NCBI GenBank assembly: GCA_001642005.1
Contig: LWCA01000064.1
Coordinates: 1 to 63,251 of the forward strand
DNA: 63,251 bases
Direction of reading: 5' to 3'
DNA from: Intoshia linei
Taxonomy: Eukaryota > Animalia > Orthonectida
The notes below the pieces were generated by a model. It was not told the DNA's origin. It was given only the letters and a program-made list of their open reading frames with translations, and made no database searches. Positions 29,801-44,800 of this stretch are shown here, piece after piece. Numbering within the stretch: the stretch's first letter is position 1; every line of letters begins with the position of its first letter. The position numbers and the translations under genes were made by a program.

Positions 29801-32800
29801 ATTTTGATTATTCGTTAAAAAAGTATAAATGGTTTTTATCTTATCTTAACCGTACATGTTGCGAGTCGCGACAATCCGAGAAAGTTAAAAACATAAATTC
29901 TAAGTCAGTGTTTTTCTGGTACAGCGAGTAAGATAGATTTAATTCAGAAATTTGTATCTACCGGAAAAAACCAAAATTATTCCTGTTTTTGAAAAATAAT
30001 AATTTAAATATTCTTCGTACAATTTCAAAAAAAATTAGGTATTACCTTGTATTTTACTATTTTGTAAAATTAGTTTTTTAAAAATTTATATTAAATTATC
30101 AAAAAAATCTATATGGCTCTAAAATGTAATTCTAAAAACCTGCCCATCTAATATGCAGTTAAAAAAATATTGTGGATAATATCAAAATAAATACTATAAT
30201 AAGGGTAATTATAATAAAAAAGGTTCAGAAACACTGCTCTAACAATACATCGCTAACTAAAACTTTTTATTTGTGAAAATGATACATGTGCTTTTTAATA
30301 CACCTAGAAAATTGGTTAAGGTTTTGCGATATTTTTGACTAAAAATTAAATTCCGTCAACTTGGAATTGTATCATATACAGTGTATATTAAAGTACCGGT
30401 CTATATAACTCCCTAGCTAAATTAATTTCCATTTCTGTAATTTTAGCTTCTTCAACCTTTGCCTCAATTTCTGTGGCCGTTCGTTTCGTTCGTTCCAAAT
30501 TTTCAACAAGTTCATAATCTCCCAAAAAATTTCCTTCAGCAGCAGATAACCGAGCCAATAAATCATCTTCAAGTTGCTTAATTACTATTTTAAATTCATT
30601 TTGTTGCCTGGTTAAATCAGCTTTTGTTTTTTCGAGATCAGGACGTTCTTTACTTACTACTGCCGCAAGTAATTGATCTTCTAACCCGTCTCTGGTAACA
30701 GTAAAATTAATCAATGTAGTTTGTGCCTGTAATTCTGGTTTATAGTGAGGGTTAGCTAGTTTGGTTTGTATTATTAATCTGAAATTTTTGTGGTATTCAA
30801 CTTCCTTTTCACCTAATTTTATGGCACGACCTTTTTTAATAGTATTTCGACCGATAACTGGATCGAGAACTGGGTCAATGGCTTCTTCAATGTTTTCTAA
30901 TAATACAATTTCGCCACTAGACAGAGCTCTCTCGATTATATCCAAATACCCTCTTGTCCCCAATCTAACGATAATCAATGCTTCACCATATCTTTGTTTA
31001 ATCCATTTGATACCTTAAGAAATGTAATGAAATAAATTAAAACAAATAAAAATAAATATTACCTTGTAATTGTGGATCTATTATTAAGGGCCACCTTTCT
31101 GAGGATGTAAGAATTGTGGCATTTTCAGTGGACATTCTGTCTGCCGGTAAACCTTGATTGTTCCATTCTGCAATAATTGCATCGTCAATTAACATTTTAA
31201 GAGGATCGGCATTAGGAGAAGTTGGAATTGGAACAGGTAAAGATTTTATTAAAGGAATCCATGTATCGTCCATAAGTGTATGCCTAAATCGATTTGTGAA
31301 ACAACCGGCATAAGAAACAAAGGCGGTGGTCAGCAACACATCTCCAACAAGTGTATTTTCCTGTTCCTTAAAATTATTAACGGAATCAGCCCATCGAACA
31401 TTTTCTGAAGCCAACCCACCAACTAAACGATTTGCCAATTCAATAGTCTTATTTGTTGTGTCAGCCTCTTTTTGACATTTCAATTTTTCATTTGTAGCCT
31501 TCTCGAATTCTGATGTCAATTTACCTAGCGCTTCTTCTAGTGTGGACACTTTGAGCTTTATTAACCTAAATTTTTCTTCTGCCGCCAATTGTGCGGCTAC
31601 TGCTGCATCACGAGCTTGTCGTTTAGGTTCAACGTCGCAAAACACAACAAAAAATGACATTATATTTCTGACCCACGCACAAAGACCTGCTGCCGCAGAA
31701 GATTTACTTTTTATGAATTCAGGGTCAAATTCAGGATCATCCAGATACGGTTGAACTGCTTTTTGACATACTGGCGGAATATTTTGTTTATCATAATTTA
31801 TCAAAGAATTTAAAAAATCATCCACTTTACCCATTGTAACTTTTGCAGTTTTCCATGACCGATCTTTAGGAATCTTTTGAGTTTTATTCGATAAAAGCAC
31901 TACGACTGCACCCAATACATTTACTACTGCTAGTGGAGGTGAACCAAACGATTTTAGTTCCGTAAGATTGGTTTTGTTTAATGTGTCTAATGCAGCTTGA
32001 GCAGCAATTAATGCTGGTTCAGCTTTAGCTAAATCCGTTTCACAAGAAATTTTTTTCTCTGTGGCTTCAGCAGTAATCGCTTCAACCTTTTCAGCTTCTT
32101 TATTTGCAAAGTTTTGTTCTTTAGATACTTTTTCCGTTTCCGCTCCAACAACCGAAATTAATTTATTTGCTGCTTCGTTTTTTTGTGCCAATTCTACTTC
32201 TTGAGCCGCTAATTTAGATTTCAAATCATCCACTTGTTGAGCTGTACTTTTTAATTTCTCTAAACCATTCTCCAGTCTCTGCATATTTGATAATAAACCC
32301 TTGTGTTTTTTAGAAATTAAATTTCTATAAAAGTTGATTTGTTCCAGAAAACTTTTCGGGGTCGTATAATTGTATCGTCTTTCTTGTTTGAAATACGATT
32401 TACTCAATTCAATTACTCCCACATGCACACTCGACATGAATTCAGAAACTGACGGTAACGTTTCCTCATTGATCAATTCTACATCTTTGATAAATCTTTT
32501 ACTCACAGACAGTAAAGCTTCTTTCGGCCACTCGTGGAACCAATCTATTGAGGTGCAATTTGTTATAGCTGGAAATTTTCGACTTCTCACTCTTAATGCG
32601 CTACCTACTGGTGAAAAGCATAACACTACTTTTAGTAAGCAACGTACTCGGTCAATGAAAAATTTCCTAAAAAAATGTAAATAAATATATAAAAACAAAT
32701 CAAATTATTCAATTACCAACAATTGTCGTTTGTATCTATAATTCCTGCAGCTTTTGTTTCATTTCTTATTGAACTAATAATATTGTCCCGTTCATCAGAT

Positions 32801-35800
32801 GGAAAAAGTCCAGGAATTTCACCAGAAGATAATAAGTCATTTATCAATACCAAAAACTTTTCGTCTGCAACCTAAAATATATTGTAACATTAGTTCAGTG
32901 GTTCCCTATTGAGATTCTCTGGACCCCTTAGAATCAAAAAATATATGCCTGGGGTCCGTGAGATTCAAATAAAATATAAAAAAATTTTTATCAAGTTTAT
33001 TTATTTTTTAATATTTTTAATATTGATTACATTGTTGCCAGATGTTTGGAATTTATCCTAAAGTCTAGACGACCGCTAAATTATTATTTAAAAAATACGA
33101 TTTCAAACCCTCAGGGAAAAATCGATTTTTACCGATATTTTTTTAAAAAATCACCATTTTTCAATATTTTTTTGAAATTTTACACGATTTTAACCAAATC
33201 TTATCTTATCAGAAAAAACCACTTATTCTAACTACAAAATAAAAATATGATTTTATCAGTGCTTAAAGAAAATATCCTCTTTTTCCAATATTTTTTTGAA
33301 AAACACGATTTTTCCAAATATTATGAGAAAAACCCTTTAATTTTTTCATCAATCTTTTATATTTCATGTTTCTTTTGAAATCCACAAAAATAAATATTTT
33401 ACAGGATTTAAATGTAATATAAGGTTCAACATTAAAAACCTCTCTATTATGCCAACTCAGTTGACTCGAACTCGCCTACCTGTTATACAAAATCAGAATT
33501 TTTTAATACCCTAAATAAACTTTCCCACTTGGGTATTTGAAAACTTTTGGTAAACTAACCACAAAAAATATGAGTGCTTTTAAATTTTAAGAGATATAAA
33601 GATAATCATTTTTTATTTATCGTTATAAATTTGTAAATCAGTATAACAATTTATTTTATCAAATTTTTCTAAGAATATTCATTTTTTCAGAATAAAATTA
33701 AATATCTGTGAGTGTGTTACCGCTTAATTCAAAAATTAAGTTGTAAAATAAAAAAAACCCAAATTCTAATACAGTTTTTCGAAAGTGATGTTTCTGTATG
33801 GAAAATATTATCAGAAATTGAAACCTACATAGAAAAAAACACAAAATACTCATTTTTTTAAAATCATTGATATTATCATAAATTTCAACCTCACACACTT
33901 GCATTTTCAAAATCTAAACCCAAAAAACCGTTTTTTTTTATTGATAGTCATTGAATTTCGAAAAAAATCACAGCTAATACAAATTTTATAAATGGAATCA
34001 ATTTATTAGATTTCTACCCATATCTCTTGATTGGAAATGTGTAGATGTTCCATGCACATTTTTTTGGAATTGTAGTATGAATATTTACTTTTTAATTTTA
34101 ATCCAAACTTTAGAAAAATATTGGTTGACAATTTATTAAAAATTATTTTTCACCGGGAATGCGTAGATTTCTGGGGTTGAAATTTTGTATCTATATCAAG
34201 TGGAATAAGCTGTATCAGAATAATTTTTTTTTTTAATTGTAGGACTGTTAATTATTTGAAAGTTTTTGTTGTTTTTGTTAATAAAATATTTCGGAAAAAA
34301 AAATATGAATACTAAAATGCTTTTTTGACCGTTAAATCTTCACTTATTGTCGGATTGAAATTTTTTGTCTGTGTTAATAAGATACAACTGTACCATCCGT
34401 AATTTTTTTTAAAATTCTAGGACTATTTTAATTTAAAAACAAGTAAATATGGGGTTTTGATCATGAAAATGGAGATTTTTGGCTTTGCTATTTATAACAA
34501 TGTTTATTATTTAAAAAACTATCCCATAATTTATGTTGTATAAAAATCTCGGATATTTTTCATTTTTAAATAAAATAAAAGCCAAGCATGGTACAACTTT
34601 ATAATATTGGGGACACTTTGATAATATAATATTGTTTAATGATCCATTAGTTTTGAACTCTCACAAAACAATTAGCAGCATGGGTTACAGTGAGTTTAAT
34701 TAGAGTTTTGACTAGTGGACATTTTTATTGGACGTAAAATTTTTAGCTAAAAAATGAGTCTCAATTAAAATACTACTAATAGTTATCAACGCTATGAAAT
34801 CTTTACTTGTGCATCGGTCATCAAGAAAACAATTCCAATATTTTTCAATCCAGCCTTCATATATAAACCAGCCAGATCAATCATTAAATCAGCAACCGAA
34901 TACCCTTTTCGAAGAGTAATTTGAAAAACTTCCAAATTTGATATAAATGCAGAGAGTCTCGATAATGATTGTTTCCCAGATCCACCCACTCCAACGAGAA
35001 GAGCATTTCCTCTTGGCATTTCAAGAATTCTATTAATCCTTAAAATATGATGTACAGCATCTTGAAAGAGTATAAGATCCATTGAACTATTTAAGTCATT
35101 ATAATTGTTCAATACTTCAATAAGAGATTTTGACAAGTCCTCGATTTTAAGAACTGGCATATATTTTTGATCTCCTACCCCTGTAGCAAAATGACAATAT
35201 AAATTGGGTTCTCGAAACACAATTTCTTCTCCATCTTCAAAGTTCTTTTTATAAGATTCCTTCATCAATTTATCGAAAAGCACCATATCTTCAACTTCCA
35301 CAAATTTATCGCGATATACACGATTAGCCTCATGCATCCAAATACGAATCAAATCATCCCCAAGTGCAATACACTGAGGAGAAGAAAATAAAATGCCTTG
35401 AAATATATTACTCAAATCTCTAAGATTGAAAATGTAGTGAAATTTGATTGCAGTGGGAAGCAACAAATTTGTTACTTTTTGATGAAGATAAATGGCAGCT
35501 TGTACTACACTATTAGCAGCTTTTTTGATGCTTTGCGAAAATTTACCAATAGTTAGAAATTGATTTAAAACGGTACTATATATTACAGAAAGGGAATCCA
35601 AACCAGGCATACTTAGAGCAAATACACAGAAATGACGCTGTAGACGTGGATTTATAGTGAAACTTCCTGCGGTAGGATTCATACACGAAACATATTGAGT
35701 ATTATTGATTTCTTTAGCCGTCAATTTAGTGCGATCGTACCAATGACTGTAATCCAAATGCTGTCTAATGAGGGTGTGTGGTGCGACAGTAAAGTACATG

Positions 35801-38800
35801 TCTACTTCAGGCATGTTCATGTCATCGATAAAGTAAATTAATCTTTTTGTACCGCTAGGTCCAAAATTTTTTCCAGCCTTTTTTTCCAACGAACTTTCCA
35901 AAATTTGTTGCAACATTAACGAAGTCGTATAAAAATTGAAAGGAACATTGGAAATTATAAAATCATCTCCCATTGAACTCAATTTATCATTTATCAAAAT
36001 TGTTTTTCCGGTACCTAAATATTTAAATATACATGTCAGTAGTAGAAAGTTTTTTTAATTACCTGCTCCACCGACTAACATTACGGGTTTTCTCCTATCT
36101 ATAAGTTTGTCAATAAAATATCTAATTCTCGTAGTGTTTACAGAATGCACCATTGTGGATTGCAAGGGAATTTCTATATCCAATTCAAAATTTGGCACAA
36201 TTTTAGTCCATGGTTCAAATTTTTTCGTGTCTTTATCAATATAATAATCGAAAATAATTCCTTGTGTAGGGAATTTTATAGTTTTAAACTCTGTCACCCA
36301 CCATTTACTGAATTCAATTCTATAGTCCATCAGTTGATCTTGGAATAAAGAACTACCAAACGCCCATATGCAACAAAATACAAAGTATAACTCATAAATT
36401 TCTTTAGAACAATCGATTGGTGTGTTTTCAGGGGTCAATAGACATTCCAATAGATAACAAAGCATTTGAACGTGTGCAATATCAGCAATAGGAGTTATTT
36501 TTTTGAAACGCATCTTTACATTATCAGATAAACACGTTGAAACATATTTATCAAATAGAATTGTCAAGTTTGCTTTTTCTGACTGAAATTCACGTTTATC
36601 TATCCAACTTGTAACGTATCTAAATGAACATTACATTTTAATACAATTAATACACGGTAATTAATACATTGTATAACAATGGTTTAAATCGTTTTTTGGA
36701 ACCTGACTCATTTTAAATTAAAATTTATAAATTTATATATTTTCTGTCCAGTTCGTCAAAGTTGGGATTGCCATTAGAAAAACAAAATATAATACTATTA
36801 TTAGTAATTTTGGTTAAAAATATTTGCATACGGATGTTACATATTTGTCTCAATGTCGAACCTATCATACCCGAGGCGAACATTCAGTTCACCGACATTC
36901 ATTTGAGTTATATATTGTTAGAGCGATACATCTTAAAGCAGTCGTTCCTAATTAGGGTGTCTGGACCCTTGGGTCCGCAACTATATATCTGGCGGCCCGT
37001 AAAATTCAAATAAAACACAGATACATTTGTATCAACTTTTATACTTATATAGAATTATAACTATTTATAACATAGTTGTCAGATGTTGAGAATTTATCCC
37101 AAAGACTAGACGACCGCTATATATCATTTAAAAAATACCACTTTTAAAATTTTAAAATTTAATAAAAAATACCGTTTCAAACACTCAGCGAAAATTAGAC
37201 TTTTATCAATATTTTATTGAAAAATCCGATATTACCAAACCTTAAGTGAAAAATCACCTTTTTTCATAATTCTTTTAAAAAACACGATTTTACCAATGTT
37301 TAAGGTCAATATCCTTTTTTTCTATATTTTTTTAAAAAATCAGATTTTACCAAATCCTATGAATAACAACTTTATAATCCAAAACCCAAAATCCAAAATA
37401 AAACATCCAATTTTACCACTCATAAGGAAAAAATCCCCGTTTTCCAATACTTTTTTGAAAAACACGATTTTACCAAATCTTATGATAATAAACCTTTAAT
37501 TTTTTCATATATGTTTTATATTTCTTGTTTCCTTAGGTGTCCAACAAAATAAATAATTTGAAATGGGGTTCTGTACAATATTTGAATCGCAAAACACTGA
37601 CTTAGAGCGACATGATTTTTTTGGACCAAATTTTTGTGGTTTCTTTAAAGGAAAATTTTGTCACCCAAAGTTTTAAATATTTTAAACATTTCAAAGATAA
37701 ATTTGAATCAAAAATTTACAAGGTTTTTTAAGTGAAGATATTTTTTCTACCATTTTTAAAATATTTGAAGGATAATTTTGTTCTCAAAATTTGATAGGGA
37801 ATATTTTAAACATTTTAAAAGATCTTGAAAATCTTTAAAAATTGAGTGAAAAAAATTTCTTTTAGAAACTCTACAAAATTGTGATCGCAAAATTATCTTA
37901 AAAATCTTTTAAAAAGAGTGAAAAAATTTTCCATAAGAAACCCACAAAAATTTCATCAAAAAATCAATAAAATGATAAATTAGTAAAAACAATGATTATG
38001 TCGTATAAATTTTTAAAGTAATTTTAGAATTTAGTTAAATTCAAAATATGTAAATAGTTTAGTTTTTTTTTAGTTAATAATTTTAACGTTAAACGTAATG
38101 TTTAACCTTGTTGAAAAAATATAGAAAAATTACGGATTCCATCCAAGGTCTGCTGCATTAATGTACAAAATCCCTGCTCTAGATACTGTAGCCGGAGTAG
38201 CCGTTCTTAAATGTGATATTTCAAACAAGAGGCGCATTGATCGCGTCAAAGGAATACGTTCGTTGCTAGCCAAAGTCAAAACCTAACGAATAAAATAATT
38301 AGTGTTTCATTTTCTAATAAATATGAAACGTAAAATGTAAATCTATAACTATTCATATTTAGAATTATAACTAGCAGTTAATATATACCTTGTTATCGTC
38401 CATGACTGTATTTAAGGATTCAATCCACATAGGATCAATGTCACCATCAAGTACTATCCATTTTGGATTGATTCCAGTATTATTTGACAAATCACGCATG
38501 ATAACAGAAAATAAACCATCTTTCCATTCTCTAAAATTATGCATGACATTCAAAATATACAGTAATATAAATTTAAAATAATAATTATTATTATTCACAT
38601 TATATATCATAATTAAATATAAATTAAAATAAAAAATAACCTTGAAACAGGATTAATGATTCCAAACAATTCGTCATTTGTTACAGCTTTCGGGTTGATA
38701 TCAACTGCGACCGGTTTCATTTTCATATTTTGGTAAGCTTTGAATAAAGATTTCCAAACCATAGTTTTTCCGGTTCCAGTATTACCAATAATGAAAACAG

Positions 38801-41800
38801 AATGTCTTACATCAAACAATTCTTGAAGTTGAACCACTTTAAGAATAAACCCTTCCTCTGGTTGTAATTTTAAACTTATGACAGCATTTTTGATGGTGGT
38901 TTCAAGTTCAATATTTCGTTTTCTCGGTATATTTAAAGATGGGAAAAGATCTCCAATTAAACCCATAAAAACGGGAGTATCATCTGTTATAATTTTAGGC
39001 AAATTGAAATCTCTTAAAGCACGCATCAAAACTTCTTCTTCAGGTCTATCTCGATCATCTCGCTTTAAAGACCCTGCAACAACTAACACAGATTTTATAG
39101 CTCTTAATCCCCAATCGTAATGATCTTGCTTTGACAGCAACTCTTTACATAAAGTATACAAGGTAATAAATTTACGTGCTAATAATCGTGCATCCATAAA
39201 ACCTTCCGCAACCAACATAATTTCGCAGATTAATTCAAAATCTGGAACCACCATAGCACAGGGTCTGAATAGAGCTTTCAAGTTTTCCGGTAATTCGGTT
39301 CGACCAGCATATCCAGGATTCATGGTGATAAATATACCAACTGTTGGAACAAGAGATATTTCTTCACCCATGAATACGAATCTTTTCTTTTTATTTCTAA
39401 TTGCATCTTGGATAGATTTAACTTGTACAGCAACCACCGATAATACTTCTACTGATATTCTGTTGAATTCGTCGAAACAACCCCATGCACCCGATTGTGC
39501 CAATCCTTTATAACAATTTGCAACGCTCTTATAATCCATTTGTTCGGAACAGTTGAACACATAAACCATAATACCAATAGCGCGACCAAGATCTTTAGTT
39601 GTTTCTGTTTTTCCAGTACCCGCCGGTCCAGCAGGAGCTCCACTCATAATTAAATGCAATGATTGAGTCAATGTAATGTAACATCTAAATTATATCAATA
39701 TAATTATGTAGTAATAGTAAATGTAAAGCTAATACTTTTCAAACGCGACTAACGATGTGTGTTTTTTTAATATTAAAGTTAATTTTATTTTTTAAATAAG
39801 GTAAAATTATGTTTTTTACTCTGTAGTAGTGCTGGCAATTTCTCGAGAAAAGATTAACTCATACAGTTGGTATGATATACATTCATTGTACTGTTAGTAT
39901 TACAATAATAATTTTTAATTATGGAATAACTAAAAGTAATTAACAGTTCCAAAATTGTATATATTTTTGAAATAATGAAAGATTACAATCGGGTATTAAT
40001 TGGTTGCTAACTTTAAAATCTTAAATAAAACATGCGAAATAGAAGAAAAATGCAATTTATTTAACATTTTGTATCATCACAACTTCCATATATAGAAGTA
40101 TATCGAAGATTAGAGTTATTTTTAAGACTATAAAAATGTATATTCAAATATTTTTAATTTTTATTAATCTACATATTTGAAAAATATGGGTTGATAATAT
40201 ATTAAAAATTATTTTTGACCGGGAATGCGTAGATTTCAGAGGTTAAAATTTTGTATTTATATCAACTGGAATAAACTCTATCAGGATAATCTTTTTTTTT
40301 AATTTTCGGACAGTTAATTATTTCACATTTTTTGTTTTAATAAAAAAAATACTCGAGAAAAAAAATGTATGAATACTAAAATGCTTTTTTCACCGTGAAG
40401 TCGTCACGTATTCAGATTGAAATTATTTTTGTGTGTAAAGAAAATACAACTTTACCACCTGTAAATTTTTTGAAATTCTAGGGCTGTTTTCATTAAAAAA
40501 AGAACGGTAATTTGAGGTTTTGGTCCTGAAGATATAATTTTTTTAAATTTAAATTTATGATAATGTTTATGATTTTAAAATCCGTATCAGCGTATATATT
40601 TTTTTAAATTCTCGAACTCGTTTGATTTTCAAAAAAAAGACAATTGGGATATATATTTTTTTAAATTCTCCAACTCGTTTGATTTTCAAAAAGAGGGACA
40701 ATTTTTTTAGATTCTCCAACTCGTTTGATTTTCAAAAAAAAGAACAATTGGGGTTTTTGACTCGTAAGATGTGAGTTTGGGAGGTTAAAATTTATCTTAT
40801 TATCACCCCAGAAAAAAACTGTAATTGAAATGTAGACTTTATAAAATTCTAAGACGGGTAGTTATTTAAATAAAGTGGAACACACACACAAACAAAAATC
40901 GCGTAGCATATTATATAAGTAAGGAGTCCTTACCAAGGACTACATTTTTGAAAATTTTCAAATCTAATTTTGAATTTAAGAATATTTAAATTTTCGAGAT
41001 TTCTCGAGACAAGAATTCTCGAGAGCTAGCACTACCCTGAAATACTAAATTTCGGAAAATAAAATTTGCGATGCTGCATCACTTTTGAAAAACTGTATTA
41101 CCAATTGGGATTTTTTTAAATAAACGGTAACACACACATAAAAATTTATATAAGTAAAGGATGTAATGTATACAAAATTTTTTGGGTCAACAGTGAAAAT
41201 GGGTTGAGAATACTCGGTATATATTATACTACATTTGATAGTAACAATGAATTTTTTCCAAAAAAACTAAAATTTCATCGCGGGCACGAGGCTGAGGACC
41301 TCAGGTTTAAAGCTATAAATATTGTTTAATAATACCTATCGGTTAAAGGAGTAATGACTAATCTTGGCGTATTACCCAAATACTCATGAGAATATTGGAA
41401 TTGCGCATCACAAATATTAATGAAACAATCTTTTGCAGATTCATCCCATCGATGTCTCAATTGAGAGAGCCAAAGGAATGCTTGAGAACTATCAGTCTTT
41501 TGAACAATCATTTTAGTAACTATATCACGAGCATGTACATCAATCGTACAAATGGTCATAATCTTTTGTCGATCACCCGGGGACATGTCTGTTAGTAATA
41601 TGTTGATCAAATTATTCAATTGTTGAATCTGTTTTTTGCTATATTCTTTCATTGCATTTTCATACCCTTCTTCTAATCTTCCGAAGGTGATATTTACTTC
41701 TATGGTCCACCATATTTGTGTACAACATAAAGCTATTTGTGCTGGAAAGTCATATAACCTAAATTTTACAATGATCAACAATAAATTAAACCCTTAGGTC

Positions 41801-44800
41801 AGTGGTTCTTAACCGGGGGTGCATAATCAATTTTTGGGGGTGCACAGAGCTATTTTCAATTTTTTTTCTAAATGAGTAAAATGACATAATTGATATTTTT
41901 ATTATCAACAAAAAGATTAGATATAAAACATAATTTCATCTTGTTAATACTTATTAAGTTAAGTTAATAATTAACGCTCATTGAATTTATTCAAATTTGA
42001 CGATTAAATGTATAAATTATTAATATATATATATTAATATATAAATTATCATAGAGCTTTTAACCTTTTCTAAGGATGTTTAAAAGAAAAAAATGAAATA
42101 ACAATTACGTAGAATTTGATTTTATCTGTCGTAATGATGCAGATGAAACCGAAAAACTGCAGTGCATTTACTTTTCGGCGTTTTATGGAATTATAGCATA
42201 AAGCTAAGCCTCCTACGTAATCATAAAAATATAAAACACTCAAACCTCATTGACAGTATTGAAGTTATCGCTCGAAAATGAAGACGTTTCGATATAGGTG
42301 AAGCAGTTGAAAATTTATCATTTCTTCTTATTGTAACAAAATTGTAGAGGCATAATATCATGTTGCTTATATGTTTTTTAAACAAAAAAAGCAAAATTTT
42401 ACATAGTCCCGTGATTTTTCTAGTGGCCCTTTGGGAAATATATTATATATGACTATGATAGCTTTAAATGTGATATTTGGTGGTTTTTGATGTAGTATGC
42501 TTAATATCTATTTATTTGTGACTGAAATGTCCTTTGAAGTAATTATTTTATTACAACATAGTTTTGTGAGGCTGAATTTTCTATTCTAACAAATTAAAAA
42601 AAAAAGGAATCAATTAAATGTTCGTACCGGTATGCGAATGAACCTATCAAAAATAATGCAAAGTTTTAGCTTACTTCTCATTTCAAAGCAACAATAACGA
42701 TCCCATTAAAATTTATGTAAATAAGTTTGTTTAATTGTTATGTAAAAATTTTCCGCTACTACTTAATTTGTCTATTTTCTGAGTCTTTAACATTATATTA
42801 GAATAGTCTATTTTTGATTAATGAATTTGGTGATATGACCAGGGCTACTACATTTTTCGATATTTTTCAATAGAAAATAGATAATATATTTTTAACTGGA
42901 TATTGCAGTAGTACTCACAAAGCTTTTAGTGGATATGATAGTTGACACGTTTTCATATTTATAAAGGTTTGAAGTAAGTACAGACAGGGTCGTAAAGAGG
43001 GTCATATGTCCCGTGTCTACAATCATGAGGGCCTACTTTTTTAATTTATTAATAGATATTGATGAAAAATTTCTTAAGTATATTATAATTTTGACAATCA
43101 ATGCGATTTCCAATGGATATTTTTAATTTTTAGATAATGAACGTTCGATTAATTAATGTATAGAGGCCCATACTTTCCATCGAGCCCGGGCCTACTACTG
43201 CCTTTCCACGACCATTATTATGACCAAATCAGCTTTAATTCTTAAATTTTATCCGTTTAATTTAAATAACTAGTTAACACTTCATTTATAATTAATATTG
43301 TATTAATTGATAATTAATCAGGGGTGCACAGTCATTAAGATCCATATTTAGGGTGCATAGGTCAAAAAAGATAAGGAACCACTGCCTTAGAAAATAAATA
43401 ATATGAACTCGTTTACAAATCTTTAACATAAACATGTGTATTTATAAAACAATTTACCATTGCTCTCGTGGTTTTTCTTCGTATGACACAAAAGCTTCAG
43501 TAAAACCAGCTTTAACAGTAGCTCGCATTGAATCAAGTAAGCGATTTAACCATGTTTCAACTTGACCGGAACAATCACACTTAAATTGATTAAAATCGAC
43601 ATATTCTCTGTCGCCCGAATACATTCCTAAAATGGTTTTACTATTTTCATCAGAATTTGAAATTTTTTCAAATTTGACTTCGGCCATACTGTCAAATAAC
43701 TAAAAAATTAAAATATACAAATATGGATGTAAATTTTTAAATTTTTACTTTTGTCAAATGCTTGCAGACACTGGTAGGGTTATTTCCATTTGACAAAATA
43801 TCCAACAAATCGACAGCTGATACGAAATAAAAACGTGGAAAAGCTAATCTCTTCGTTTCTAGGTATTCAGCCAATGCTTTTTCGCATATGGTCAGTTCTC
43901 CTTGCAATAGTTCAAGTTTTTCGTAAAAACCTTTACGGTCTGTAGCCTCAATGACATTTTTCGTTTTCTAAGTTCATGTAAAATTCAAAATAAAACAATA
44001 AAAAAATTACTTCAATTTCGCTAACCAATTCTTTGAATTGTCTGTCAATCTCAAAAAAACGCTCAGAGTCTTCTGGCAATTGATGACGAATATCGTCGGA
44101 ACCAATAAAAATGGATTCTAAATGTGACCAGGTTCGTTGAACTTCCAAATAGATGCTGATAATTTGATCAGCAATAGAAAGTTTTTGCTGCCAACTCGAA
44201 ACTTCTTCTAAGAAATGTGCAATATATTTCGATGTAAGCATATTCTGCAATTGGACTTGATTATCTTCCAAAATTTCAATCAATTCTTCACTAGCTCTCA
44301 GAATAGTTATACCTGTACGAGGATGCACGTGATGTTCCAACTCCATAGTAGACCACGTCTGATCCAATTCTTTGAGTACTTTTTCAGTGCTCATTTCTTT
44401 GGCCGCCTTGTCCACAATATTTTTAACTTCATCTTCGTATTCGTGCAAATTTAGAGAAAGTAAATCATTAAGTGTAGTATTATCATCCATGACAAATTTA
44501 ACACCCGTTTCCTGCATAAGTTGCAACCAATGACGTTCCCGGATAGCTGGACTTTGCAATTCACCGACGGCACGTAATGATGTCAACATGTTTTTAACCG
44601 TAGATTCACAACCGGTATAGGTATCCCAAGCTCTCATTTCTTTGTCCAATGATCTGATATCCTTGGCAAACTTTTTACAGTCCATGTCCATTCTTTCAAC
44701 ATCCAAATCCGACCATAGTGTGGTTTTCCAATCTGTTATACATGTTTTGATAATGTATGAATGATCCCACAAATTTTTCAGCATTATTAATTCTTTTCGG

